A stretch of DNA of 54,807 bases from Calcarisporiella thermophila CBS 279.70 (lineage: Eukaryota > Fungi > Calcarisporiellomycota): NCBI RefSeq assembly GCF_041956535.1, contig NW_027192197.1, positions 8,193-62,999 on the forward strand, read 5' to 3'. Below the pieces are notes generated by a model, which saw only the letters and a program-made list of their open reading frames with translations, searched no databases and was not told the DNA's origin. The translations under genes were made by a program, and so were the position numbers. Positions 10,603 to 22,144 of this stretch are shown here, one piece after another. How positions within the stretch are numbered: position 1 is the first letter of the stretch; each line of letters starts with the position of its first letter.

Positions 10603-10675
10603 ACGCGTAAAATAGATTAAGGAGTTTATAAAAACATGAATGTCGCGAAAAAAAAATTCGGTGAAATCGACGCGT
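10603..10675. promoter_or_regulatory. G1/S elements upstream of CDT1: MCB ACGCGT (10603-10608, 10670-10675) and SCB/E2F-like CGCGAAA (10644-10650)
   Basis: Three CGCG-core motifs within 100 bp of the start of a known MBF/E2F target gene. Confidence 0.55.
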
Positions 10676-11041
10676 TTATTTGGTCGAGGGCGCAGTCGAT
10701 AAATTACGCACAGCTCCACGATTCACCCTGGGAAAGGAAACGTGGCTCGAGGAGATCATGGCCACCCGCTCCCCACTGACCGTGCTAGGGTAGGAGTTAG
10801 GAATGACACAGTCATTTATTACGTTAAAATAACGATAATCTGATTCAATTTACAGTATAAAAGAATATAGGGGAGAAGAGGATGAATATTAAAAGGGAAA
10901 AAAAAAGCAAGACGTTCTCTATGTACAGTTCAGAGGTAGAAGGTGAAATAGGAGAGAGAAAAACACATACAAACACATTAAAGCCAGTTCCAAGCCTCTA
11001 TTCCCATTAAGCAAGTAAAAAGTAAGCGTCATTAGAGGGGG

Positions 11042-11740
11042 TCAAGGGGGGGATGGGATGGGCCCGAAGCCATTCTGCGTCTCCGCTCTCTCTCTCTCCA
11101 TGACCTCGATTTTTGTCCGTAGCTTCAGGTTTTCCGCCTCCAAGGCGGCCACCTGCCGCTCGAGCGCCTCCATCCGCTGCATCTTCTTGATGCGCGATCG
11201 CCGGGCGGCCTCGGTATTCCGCTGGCGTTTCCGGCGCATCGCCTCGATGACCGCGGGATCGTTTGGATCCCGATATCGGAGTGGTATACGCGATTTTTGC
11301 ATGGTAATGGGTGACATAGTATTTGTGTTGCTGGGGGCGGCGGCGGCGGCGGCGGCGGCGACGGCAGAGGAGGAAGCGGGGGGGTTATAGGGGGGGACGA
11401 CTTGCGCCAGTAGGTTGTGATGAGAAGGGGGGACCTCGGCAGCCGAGTGGGGAGCGGCGGGAACCGCCGTCGACATCGGGGCGGAGGTGATGCTGGGGGG
11501 GTGCAGATTGAGGATGTTGTGGGAGGGGGCGGCGTGGGGAAGGGGGGAGTTGTCGAAGAGGGGCTGGGAGAGGTCGATTCGTTCCTCGACGGATTCCGCG
11601 TCGGAAATGGGGCTGAAGAGTAATGATTCGAGCGAGGCATGCTCATGCTTCATCGAGGGGTGCATTGGGGCGGAGGTGGGGAGGAGAAGATCTTTGATAA
11701 AGGGGATGATATCCATATCACGCTGATTGAACATGTTCAT
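11042..11740 (-). CDS. Gcn4/CpcA-like bZIP transcription factor (intronless)
   Basis: KRQRNTEAARRSRIKKMQRMEALERQVAALEAENLKLR basic region and leucine zipper; first ATG at 11740; (GCC)n poly-Ala tract. Confidence 0.85.
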   Translation of the reverse strand: MNMFNQRDMDIIPFIKDLLLPTSAPMHPSMKHEHASLESLLFSPISDAESVEERIDLSQPLFDNSPLPHAAPSHNILNLHPPSITSAPMSTAVPAAPHSAAEVPPSHHNLLAQVVPPYNPPASSSAVAAAAAAAAPSNTNTMSPITMQKSRIPLRYRDPNDPAVIEAMRRKRQRNTEAARRSRIKKMQRMEALERQVAALEAENLKLRTKIEVMERERAETQNGFGPIPSPP

Positions 11741-12279
11741 CTTTGCTCGTGTGCGCACTCGGCTCCCGAATTTTCAAATGGAAGGATGCAAGAGCTAGAA
11801 GGAATTCTGGGCAAGAGAGAGAAAAAAAAAAGGAAAAAGCGGGAGGGGAGCTGCGCTAATTGTAATCATTTATAGCACGCAAATCAGTAGCGTGGCGGTC
11901 TTTTTTGACATCTTGTTACTTGCCTTAATGTTAACGGATTTCAACCGTCCACCACCACACTAGGCCGACGACCTTACAGGTCTCCTAGAGAAAACAGAGA
12001 AATAAACTAGGTTTTTTACTGCGTAAAAAATGGCGGAGAACGCGGGCCCATGTTGGCTGACAAATTTGATTTTCCTAATTAAGGCAACCGCGCCCCATCG
12101 CGTCCGGACCCAAAATAAAACAAGAAGAAAATCCCACGAGACGGACCAGAGACCCACCGCAGAAAAACATGGTTGCGCAGTATACAAGCAATAGGCGAGG
12201 GGGGAAAAATCGAAAGCCGCCCGACGGCCGTAATTAACAGGGCGGAAAAAAGCATAAAAAGAACAAAATAAGGAAGCGA

Positions 12280-14482
12280 CTAAAGCGGAGCCAAGAAGGT
12301 CGGTTGAATTCTCCGCCGCTTCCCACTGGCCGCCACTCCCTCTTTTCCCGAGATTTGCTTGCACGCTCGGCCAACATCTCCGTGATTCATGCGAGGCTCG
12401 CCTCCACTCACCGGCGTCGAGGGAAACCCTCCCTGGCCTTGTGCCTGCAGCCGCTGCGGCGCTTGTGCTTGTGTCTGGGGCGGGCCATAAGGTTCGCCCA
12501 GCTCCCCCGAGTCAAATGACACAACCGAGCAGAAGCCGTCCGTGGAGCAGAGGAGCAGAATTCTTCCATCCCGCGACCTAGCATGGTTTTGAGTTAATGG
12601 TGATAATCGATTCCTAAATTAGCCGCCGCACGTTTTGTATTTCCCTCCTCGCGCTTAACATCTCGGCAGTGAGCCGTCGACTTACCATGCAACGTCGGTG
12701 ATGGTTGCGTAATGCAGGTTCCCGATCATGGCCAGCGCCCCCTGCTGCTGCGTGTCGTAGACAAAGACCGCGTCCTGCGTGGCGACGGCATAGACCATCC
12801 GGTAGGGGAGCTCGCACCATGCGCCGCACTCCTCGCGAAGCTTGAAGCGCACGGGATTGCAGCGCACCGCGATCGAAGGGCGCCGGTGTCCTGGGAGGTG
12901 GGCAATCGGCTGTCTGTTGAGGGGCCAGCCACAGGGTGCATCCATTAGTCCAAGGTATGGGGAGGCCACACACATGAAACCGCTTACCGATGGAGGCCGG
13001 ATCGCGGGTAAATATACACCGTGTTTCTTAGGTCCTCCTCTCCACGGAGATCGCTCGGCTCCCTGTAATGCCCTGCCGGCGTCAGAAGAAACGCCCCGTC
13101 GGGCGTGAAGGCCAGCCGTCTGAAGAAGGACATGAGGTTTTCGTCGTAGTAGATTCGCTGGGTGCTCTTGTGCGGGCGCGGCTTCGGCGCGGAAGAAGGC
13201 AGGGTGTCAGCTGCTGGCGGCGGGGTCTGCTCCGTTCCGGAGGACTCTGTGCCAATCACGGGAGGCAAAGGGGTGTCGTTGGCGGGAGGCTGCACCTTGG
13301 CTTCGGCGGGCTTGGCCTCGTTGCTCGAGGGGGGTCGCATTTGCTCCAACTTCGTGCTCTTGCTCACGCTTCGAAAGGAAAGCGAGCCATTCGGGCTCGT
13401 GGTATACTCGTAGATTCCGACCGACCTATCAACGGAGGAAGAGGGTTAACCTAAGAGCGCCGACAAATGCACAGCTAGAATGGGAAGGATGCCTGTCGCT
13501 GCTCTGGGTGGCCACATATTTCCCCAGGGGATCCCAGGCGACTCCCTGGATATAGTGATGATGATCGGCAATCACGTGGATGCACTTGGCTGCTCGTGAT
13601 GAAAGGGAAAAGAGACATGGATGAGGCTCCTTTGATGCGGGGTGGGATAGACAGGCTTCGTGAATTCGCTTTACCTTGCTTCACGTCCCATATACGTGCT
13701 GTATTATCGATCGACCCACTAATTATATAGTCGCCACAGGGCGACCATGCAAGATCGTATATATCTGCTAGCGAGCCCCTATACACCCCGGGGGGGTTAA
13801 TGAGGATCCAGCTCCAAGGAGAATCCAAGCACTTTACCTGAGAATACTAACTATTTTCCATGTCTCATGCTCGATGTCAGCGTCGCCCGACTCGAGCAGC
13901 GAGTTTTTCGAGCTTGCGTCGGCCTGTGTCCACAATATAATACTTCCATCTTGAAAAAAAATAAAACACCGCATCCATGCCCAAATAGCTTAATATTTCG
14001 GAAGAAACCCTAAAACACCCAGACTCAATACTGACCATCACCTGCGGACGCTAAAATTTCGCCTAAAGAATGTAGATGCTGATTTGAGCTTTACCACCCC
14101 CACTACCACCCTTCAACACCTATTAGTACCTTCGGGTGAAAATCTCACCACGTTCACCGCGGCCGCATGCCGATTCAGGGTGGACCTATATTCTATGCGA
14201 ATGTCCGCATCGTTCTCCTCGCCCGTCCTGACGATACGCCATATCCGCACCGTATTGTCTCCTCCCGCTGTTGCTAAGCGGTCTCGTCCGCCCTGCGGAT
14301 CGAGATCGACGGAGAAAATGGGCTGCATTTCATGCCAATGGATCTGAAGAGGCTAGCCAATGGAAGATGACGCGTCAATTTCATTCGATGGGGACAGATT
14401 TCAGCGCGAAAAGCCTCTAGGCCTTATAGGCCGTACGATCACTGCATTCATCGGGAAAATGATGGATTACCTTTACTTTCAT
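12280..14482 (-). CDS. CAC2: Chromatin assembly factor 1 subunit B (p60), WD40 protein, multi-exon
   Basis: MKVK|[38 protein letters not shown]; [20 protein letters not shown]; [11 protein letters not shown]; [12 protein letters not shown]; C-terminal B-domain-like [10 protein letters not shown]. Confidence 0.92.
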
Positions 14483-14769
14483 GGCAGAAATCTTCTTGTA
14501 TCGGTACGATTTGCCGCGTAGGGACTTTTTTTTTTGTAAATTTATGTCAAAAGGGCAACTGTTCGCGTTATTTTACTGCGCCACATTTCATTTCAGTTCA
14601 TTTCATACAGTTATGTTCATATAAGATCACACAGGGTGTCTCGTAAGGGGAGGCGTGAAACGCCCGATTTATTTTCCACAACATCCACATTCTAAGATTG
14701 ATAGAGACAGCAAGATCCAATCGGTGAGGATGCGTTTGAAATTAACTGAAAAGACAAGAGCGAAAGGCA

Positions 14770-15480
14770 GTGGTTGCGCAAGAGAGGGGGGGGGGAGGTT
14801 TTGGAGGTGGGTAGCCCCTGTGGATCAAACCTAACCTCGTGAGGGTTAGGTCGGAGCGGGTAAGAACTATTTGCCGGCGTCTTATGATGCTCTGCAAAAC
14901 CCCTCTTCCAATATTCCCTCGCTTTAGCTCCACCCGCTCAAAGGCCGCCGGTTATCCGCTGAAACCGCATTCCGCGCCAAAGCGTTTCCAAGCCAAGAGG
15001 GCTCATCATTGGCATCCGTCCCTTGGCCGACGGCCATTTTCTCGGGCCCGGGGTCCGTTTTATTTTGTGGATGGGGGGGCATTACGCCACTCTCCGCATT
15101 TTTAGGCTTTGCCATGGTGGGATGGACTCCAGCCATAGCACAAGGAATTTTAACCTAGCCGCCCGGTAAAAATGGGTTAAAAAGTCGAGCCCCGAGATTT
15201 TCTTCGCCCGCCCGACGCCGTTTGTCCCTGGCGAGATCCTTAATCCACAGCAAGGTTTGTGCACGAGTCCAAGGGGTTACATTCGAGAGGGCGAGCCGGA
15301 AGGGCAAAACGCGGCCCAAACTCCGGTCGCCGCCGTGTCCCCTCCATTCGCGGACGAGTGTTGTACGGAGATTCGTTCATGTTTGTTCGGGATGAGCGGG
15401 CCGGTCGAAGGGCAAGCACCCGTGCCTTCCATTTGGGCACAGGCTTGTACCATCGCCGACCACGGCCCATTTCTGTATCC
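14770..15480 (+). ncRNA. Candidate large structured ncRNA (telomerase-RNA-like)
   Basis: No credible ORF; many long helices whose G-U pairs favour the + strand; long-range closing helices 14811-14825 with 15243-15280; AACCTAACCT just inside; Sm-like ATTTCTG after the last hairpin. Confidence 0.5.
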
Positions 15481-15635
15481 AACCATTTTATAAGGTCCAG
15501 CGACCACGGAGAGAGGAAATAAAAAAAAAAAGGAACAAAAGTCTACAATGAGATGATGAAGGCCGAGAACGCAAAGCAAGACAAACTAAAAAAGAGCATG
15601 TACAGATAAAGTTTTGTTGAGGGGGGGCCCGTTCT

Positions 15636-16367
15636 CTACACGAATCGGAAGCAGTCGCTGCTGACGTAGTAGTTTCCAGGCTTCTCGGGGATGGGCGAGA
15701 GTATAAAGGTTTGCGAAAAGAGTCGCGGTCTCTGCTCATCGCCGTATTTGACGCTTCCGTTCACGATCACCACAATGCTACTTGTGCCCTGTGCATTGAT
15801 TGAGGCTGGAGCCATGAGGAGCAAGATGGCCGTCAGTTAGGGGAGGAGGGAGAGGGGAATGGAGAGGGTGAGGAAAATGAAGAAATGGGTCCCTTACATA
15901 TGATTGGGTGACAATCAAAGGTGTTCACCTCGTGGGATGTGCTAGGAAGCTTAACCAGAAAATCAGAGAAGGGCGTCACGCCCGAATATGCATTACCTAA
16001 GAGTGAAAAGAAAAAGAAGGGGGAGGATGTTCAATTCCAAAGAGCAAGAGGATCGAAAAAAAAAAAACTCCCACTATACCATTCCAGAGAATCGCAGAGT
16101 CATCGCGATAGAATTTATTTACTAGCTAATTGAGAAAATGAAATAAGTGGAAGGGCTCCAAGGGGATGAGGATGGGGGATGGCTTACTCCGCGTTGATTA
16201 TCATAGAGTCGGTAATAAAGTTCCACGAATTGCTCAGCCCCTTTGGCCGACACATCGACAAAGGATTTCACCTGCTAAAGAGGAATTCAGTCACGATGCC
16301 GGGGAGAGGCGGGAGGGGGAGGTCTGAGCACAGGCTCAGCAGGAGATCCACTTACCTCCACAGACAT
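15636..16367 (-). CDS. NXT1: NTF2-related export protein Nxt1/p15 (5 exons)
   Basis: SAKGAEQFVELYYRLYD..FYRDDSAILWNGN..LPSTSHEVNTFDCHP..VNGSVKYG..FSQTFIL..YYVSSDCFRFV*. Confidence 0.85.
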
Positions 16368-17465
16368 GTCTGCCCAACGATGACAAGGATCGATGGAGCA
16401 GCCCGAGCCGGATTCACGTAATGGAAAATATTGTGACTGGCTTGAGGCTTGGGTGCGAGCCGGGTCTCCAAACGACGATGGGTGGCAAAACAAGAGCACA
16501 AGTTTGTTAGTAGATTTTAGGCTGAGATGCAAAGGCGGCCAAAAATAGCCCCCCATTACATCTTGCTCTGCCCTCCGGAGGGCAGCGTATGGTTCCACCC
16601 GGCTAACCTACCTCGCCTGTGTCTCCTCTGACTCCAACCTCCCCCCACTACTATCCGGCGAAGGTTGCAACGACCACGGCCTCTGGATTCGCGGCTGCGC
16701 GCATGCGGCTCCGCCCAGCATACCACACGGCCGTTACCCGCAGCCGAAGCAAGGTGCATGCGGCTGCAACGCCAGATTTCACTCGACATTTCTCCAGGGC
16801 GGGCCAGGGCCACACAATGCACTGGCCTCCAAGTTTGCTAACCCGCCCGATTTTAAATTACAGCGAACTCAAACCCAAAGTTTGATGGGGAGGAGGGGGG
16901 AGGCGGTGCAAGGGCCGCAGACCGAGCAGGGATGGCAGCCGTCCTTCTCTCGGCCGCAGAGCCCAGCCAAACTCCCCGCCGACAGCCGGCAGGAGCACTC
17001 GGCCGGGCAGCCCGTGGCCGCGGCCGTCCGGCCTTCATCTCTGGTGGCGATCCCTCGGCCGCTTTCTATCAAACCCTTTTCGCCCAATCCCGTCGCGGCT
17101 CCCCCTTAGACTAGACTTTTCCTCCTGAGCGAAGAAATAAAGTTTTTCAGAAGCACCAACGCTCCAGGTTTTTTAAGCTCCCTCATCATCCCTCCCTGCT
17201 CGCTCTTTCTCTCTCCCCCTTTCGTTACCATTTGGATGGCTGATTGATTAGCGGCATTAGGAGGTGAGCAAATTAACCCCCCAGCCGAATCCCCACCCCC
17301 GACGGAGAAGTGCGTCCCCCCCCCCCCCTTCCATCCTCATCGTTGGAGTCTTTTTTTTTCTCAGCGGCTGCTCTCCCCCTCTGTTCTAACCCCTCTTCCT
17401 GCCATTGCCCCCCCTCCCCTCTGCTTGAACAGACTACCCAGCTGTTACTACGAAACCACATCGCT

Positions 17466-18401
17466 ATGCATCAGACCCCCTACGATCCAAAGCTCTCCGC
17501 CCAGAATGTACCGAGGACGCTAGGGTAATGCCCGGTGCCGGAGATGCCCACCCCCCCCCCCCCGGGGCCATGCCCAGGACGAGGCTAACGCGTGTATTGC
17601 TTGTAGGCAGCTGAAGTATAGTTTGGAGGTCGTCCAGCAGCCACAGCGATGTCGCATGTGCGGATTCGGCGACAAGGTGAGCTCCCCGCTCCACGCGGTT
17701 GAAACTAGGCTGACTAATGGCAATGCGTAGGACCGCCGGCCCATCACCCCGCCGCCCATCGTGCGACTGCGGATAGTGGACGCCGTGGGAAACCCCGTCG
17801 AAATCAAGTACATTTTTGGCCGCTTCGCCCCCGCGCGGGCCCGCGGGCTAATCACTAACCCCTTCCTCTCCCCCTTTCTAGGTCCCAAGACACGTCCTTC
17901 TTTATCGCCATTTGTGACCTTTGGTCGGTCGACAAGTCAAAGCAGCAGAACCTGGTGCTCCACCCGGCCGCATACTCCGAGCGCGAATACACCTCCACCC
18001 GCAACCTCATCGGATCCCTGGTGTCCTCCGCGCTGAAGCTGCACGACCTCGATGGCAAGCTCGGGATCTACTTTGTCTTTCAGGACCTAAGCGTACGAAC
18101 CGAGGGCTCCTTCCGGCTCAAATTCTCCTTCGCCGAAGTCGGCGGCCACGAGGCCGTCAGCATGGGCGTGTCCAGGGTCCACGCCGAGATCTTCACCGAC
18201 CCCTTCACCGTGTACTCGGCCAAGAAGTTCCCCGGCATGCTGGACTCCACCCCTCTGAGCCGCTGCTTTGCCCGCCAGGGGGTCAAGATTCCCGTGCGGA
18301 AGGATCAGCGGCGGAGAGCGTCGGGGAAGGAGGGGGCGGACGATTCGGAGGAGGAGGAGGAGGAGGAGATCGTGGAGGAGGAAAGAAGGGCCTCTGAATG
18401 A
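17466..18401 (+). CDS. Velvet-domain regulator (VelB/VosA-like), 4 exons
   Basis: [93 protein letters not shown]. Confidence 0.93.
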
Positions 18402-19136
18402 GCCTCGGCGACGCGCCGTCTCCCCCCCTCCCCCCTCTCGCCCCCGCTTTTCTTTGCTATATAAGCGTTTATCCTAACGAACTAACCAACCATTGTTGCA
18501 TCCCCTCCCCCTATATATTCTATATAATTGCATTGCTTCTATCTTATCCTATATCTTTTTCTTTATATATTGTGTGTTTTAATGAGATTTCCAAAAATCT
18601 TCCCCCTCCCCCTTCCCCCAACCCTTGACTCCGATTTCTCATGCTATCTTCCTTGCAGTTCTACTCTCTACATTGCCCTCGAACTTTGGCTCATTCCATC
18701 TCCGCTTTAACCATGTCTCCCATCCTCTTCTCTTTTCTCTCTCTCTCTCTCTCTGTCTTTCTGTCTCCCTCTCCCCCTCTCATTTCCACCCACTTTTGTT
18801 TTTCTATTACACATTTTTTTTTTATTGAGAATGGTATATAAAATGAAAGAAAAAACGGCCAAATAGTGTAAGCTTCAGATAGTACAAACGAACAGCTAAT
18901 ATATAGAGAGAGAAAGAAAGTAGAGTCAATCGAAGAAAAAAACCCAGTTAAATTACACAAAATAGCATAGCAAAATTAAAAAGTAGAGAGGGATAGGGTA
19001 AAGGAAATGCGGAGGATTAAAAATGCAAAAAAAAAACACAAAAGCAAGTTTATAGTATACAGCGAATAATTTAATATCGGATAGTGTGTGTGTGGTGGGG
19101 GGAGGGGAATAGAGGTAGGAGAGAAGAGCCAATCGT

Positions 19137-20217
19137 CTAGGCCGTCTGCCGTACCCGCTTCACGGGCCGTACCACCTCGTCGCCTTCCTCGTGGTTCTCG
19201 GCATCCGTGTCTACCTCCGAGTCCACCAGCTCTGGCATCAAAAGGGTCCCACTCACAGATCGAAAATGCGCGGCATAGGGCGTGAGCGCGACGGAAAGCG
19301 GATGGTCCTTGTCGTCGTGCTGCTTCAAGACCGGCCGCTCTAGAGCCGAAATCACCCGTGAGATGTATCCGCGCAGCAAGGCTCGGAGGTGATCGTAGGG
19401 ATGTTTCTCACGGAGCTCACTCTTCCTCTCCTCCGGCGTAAGGTCAGGGTGGGGTGCCATGAACTCGGTCTTGTATTCGTGGAGTTGGCCGAGAAATTTG
19501 CGGCGAGCGTCGGTTTTAGCAAAGAGAAGATGGTGGTCTGCACGGCGAAGCGCAGCCCCCTCGGGGACGTGATCATGGTCATCCTCGTCTTCCTCCTCCT
19601 CCTCCTCCTCATCATCATCATGCTCTTCTTCTCCCTCCTCTTGCCCCTCCTCGTGCTCCAACTCCTCCTCCTCTTCTTCCTCCTCCTCCACCTCTCCATA
19701 GGCAAAAACATCTATCACGTCCTTGGGGTTGTCCAATTTTTCTATTGCGCCCTGAATGACTAATTCCAGCAGCACAGCATACCATTCCTCTAAGGTTCCG
19801 CCATCCTCTCCAAGATGGCGATCCTGCTCCAGCATTTCCCGTGCCTTAAGGGCAGACAGCCTTAAAAACGAAGGGATAGCTTCGGCGGCCGTTTGCCCAT
19901 CGAGGTGCCCGAGAAGATGATAGCAGAAGAGACGCTGCGCGGTGCTGGGGGGAAGGTGGATTGTGGAGCTGGAGTTGGAGAGAATGCCTATGATCCCAAA
20001 AAAGCTCGAATGTCAGTAGGGCGTATGAAGAGACATGTCGACACCAGGCATACATACCGTCGATTATGAGCTCAACCTCCTTCCGCTTTATATCTTCACC
20101 TTTAGAGCCGCGGTTGAGTCGCAAATGCACTCCCACATCGAGCAGATAATCAAGAATCTGCTTTGTAGAGGAGGAATTGTGCGGATGGGATCGTTTGTTT
20201 GAATTCATGGAGAGCAT
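19137..20217 (-). CDS. Hypothetical protein with long acidic (E/D) tract, 2 exons
   Basis: ATG at 20217, GTATGT donor near 20057, then a long open frame continuous with ORF 19137-19835; family not recognised. Confidence 0.7.
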
Positions 20218-20665
20218 GTGTTCTAAGATCTGAATTTTGGGTGAGAAAAAAAATAATTAAATCAAAAAACTGAGAGCAATAATAACAACAATAGGTTTGG
20301 GGTTAGACACAACATTTTTCCCTTTGATTTTGCAAGAGATAAAAGCATCTCTGTTCCGACTCAAACCGAAGATTTTCACTATTGTGCTGCGGCAATCTCT
20401 GATATCATCTGAACCGAGGAGGGATTGGGCCGGGCAGAACCTTATTTCCCTGTTCCTGGGCGGCATCCAAATTGGATAAAACTTCAAAGAAAAGTCTTGG
20501 AAATGGTGTTTTCTACAGATTCTTTCTATTTTTTTCTCTCGCATTTCCTCATTCCTCTCCCCTTTATAAACCCTTAGCCTGCGCTCCTGCCTCACTACTT
20601 CTACTGTTTCATTTCAGCACCCTTCTCTCTTCTCTAGTTCATTTGCCTTCTGCCGTACAATCACC

Positions 20666-21314
20666 ATGGGCTTCCTTGAAGAGCTCAAGTCACTTAACTT
20701 TTCCATTTACGCGCAATGGTGAGTGCCAATGTCTAATGGAGCCAAGCTGGAGCTGTCTATGCTAACCCTTCCCTGCTTTGCTGCGATTACGCTAGGGTCG
20801 GTATCCTCTCCGCGATTTGTAAGTCCTGGAATGCGGTGGTGTCTGCTTTCATAACTCCCCTTTCTAAATTCCGATTCTGTGTCTAGTGCTAGTTATTTTC
20901 GGTATTCTTGCGGTGGTGACCGGGGCCAACATCGTCTTTGGCATCATTGGACTGGTGTTAGCAGCCATCCTCTGCTTTATTGAGATTCCATTCTGTCTAC
21001 GGGTAATAATCTGATGCCCCCTTGGCTGAACCTCTTGCGACTCATGGAGCGCTAATCCTATTCACTCCATTTTGTAGTGGTGTCCCGTCAGCGAGCGCTT
21101 CCAGGCCGGCATCAAATTCTTCGAAAACCACTTCTTCCGCGCCGCACTCTACCTTGTGTTCGCGGTGGTGATCTTTCTGTCCCGGTTCCTCGGTAGTACG
21201 GGCCTCATTGCCGGGGGAGTCACCCTGCTCCTGGCCGCGGTCTTCTATGCCGCCGCCGGATTCATGAAGCAAGAGCATGCGGCCTCGAGCTTCACGGGTG
21301 GGCAAAGCGTTTAA
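20666..21314 (+). CDS. TVP18: Golgi membrane protein Tvp18 / Flower family (4 exons)
   Basis: MGFLEELKSLNFSIYAQWVGILS..FIEIPFCLRWCPVSERF..FRAALYLVFA. Confidence 0.88.
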
Positions 21315-21511
21315 CTGTGTATATTCTAGCTAACCTTGGAGTGACTGTTTCGAGTTGTATAGTTAGCCTCCCCATATTTATCCCTCTGTGTAATTATTTC
21401 ATATCCTCTGCCTGTGTCTATATCTTTATTGCGTTCAGTTCAATCATCAATGAAAGCACTTTTCCCCTTTTCTGTTCGAATCCGGCCATCCCCATATGAA
21501 CCAATCCATCC

Positions 21512-21935
21512 CAGTGATAAGCCAAATCGGGCTTGAAATTTTGACTTGTACCCCCCAAGGCGGGTACAAGATGGTACTCGATAGCTTGTCTTTCCCCAGC
21601 CTATCGTGGCCTGATTCGAACCACCGTGGTTTTCACAAAAGGCAATCTCCAGACCCCCATTGTTCTGATGACACTAAGCAAAGTAAAAATCGGTCGGAGA
21701 TGAAGTAGACATCTTTCAGATCTATCACTAACGCCGGCCGAGAAGCCCCCTTTTACTGGAAAATTCCCCCCTTCAAAACAAAGCTTGTACTTCATCCAGG
21801 GAAGAAGAAGGGCGGTGGCTGAATATCCCACTGCAAGTGGAAGCAAAAAATGACTTCGTGGAGAATTTCTATTGCCAAGGGGCTCACTTGAAGAGGAAAC
21901 CACAGAGTCTCTGAAGACTGGCCCGATTGGGGACT
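21512..21935 (+). ncRNA. Candidate ~410-nt structured RNA with pseudoknot, identity unknown
   Basis: 11-bp terminal helix 21522-21533/21920-21930 plus several internal helices and A-rich loops, between two convergent genes; strand less certain. Confidence 0.45.
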
Positions 21936-22144
21936 AAATTTTCATCTCTTCATAACACTATGGTATTGTCCTAAAATTTCGGTGGCCACAAATCCCTTTC
22001 TACCCAGGAAGGGATGCTGCAGGTGGGGAGAGGATGAAAGGTAATGTAGTTTTACTGACTGACGCATATTTAACATGGGGGAGAAGGGGGGGGGGGGAAG
22101 AAGACAGACGCATTATTATTAAATAAAGCCAAGAACTCATAAGA

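Noticed and set aside
11741-11900. Gcn4-type regulatory uORFs
   Set aside because: The only upstream ATG I found overlaps the TATA-like element and is probably not transcribed.
14842-14851. Minus-strand CCTAACCCT as a TTAGGG telomerase template
   Set aside because: Wobble pairs favour a + strand RNA, and on - the motif would sit near the 3' end of the structured region.
15290-15310. SRP RNA helix 8 (CCGGAAGG)
   Set aside because: Lacks the AGG/AGCA internal loop, the Alu-domain motif and a Pol III terminator at a suitable distance.
14811-15380. Group I intron reading (AATCCACAGC resembles the Q element; P3/P4-like order)
   Set aside because: No J3/4 linker, no canonical R/S sequences or bulged G-binding site, and no rRNA host gene.
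14909-15486. snR30/U17 m1 and m2 motifs (ATATTCCCT, AACCAT)
   Set aside because: Imperfect matches, ~570 nt apart, not in one terminal hairpin and no ACA box.
21665-21690. Hammerhead ribozyme core (CTGATGA plus short stem)
   Set aside because: The required GAAA after stem II and stems I/III are absent.
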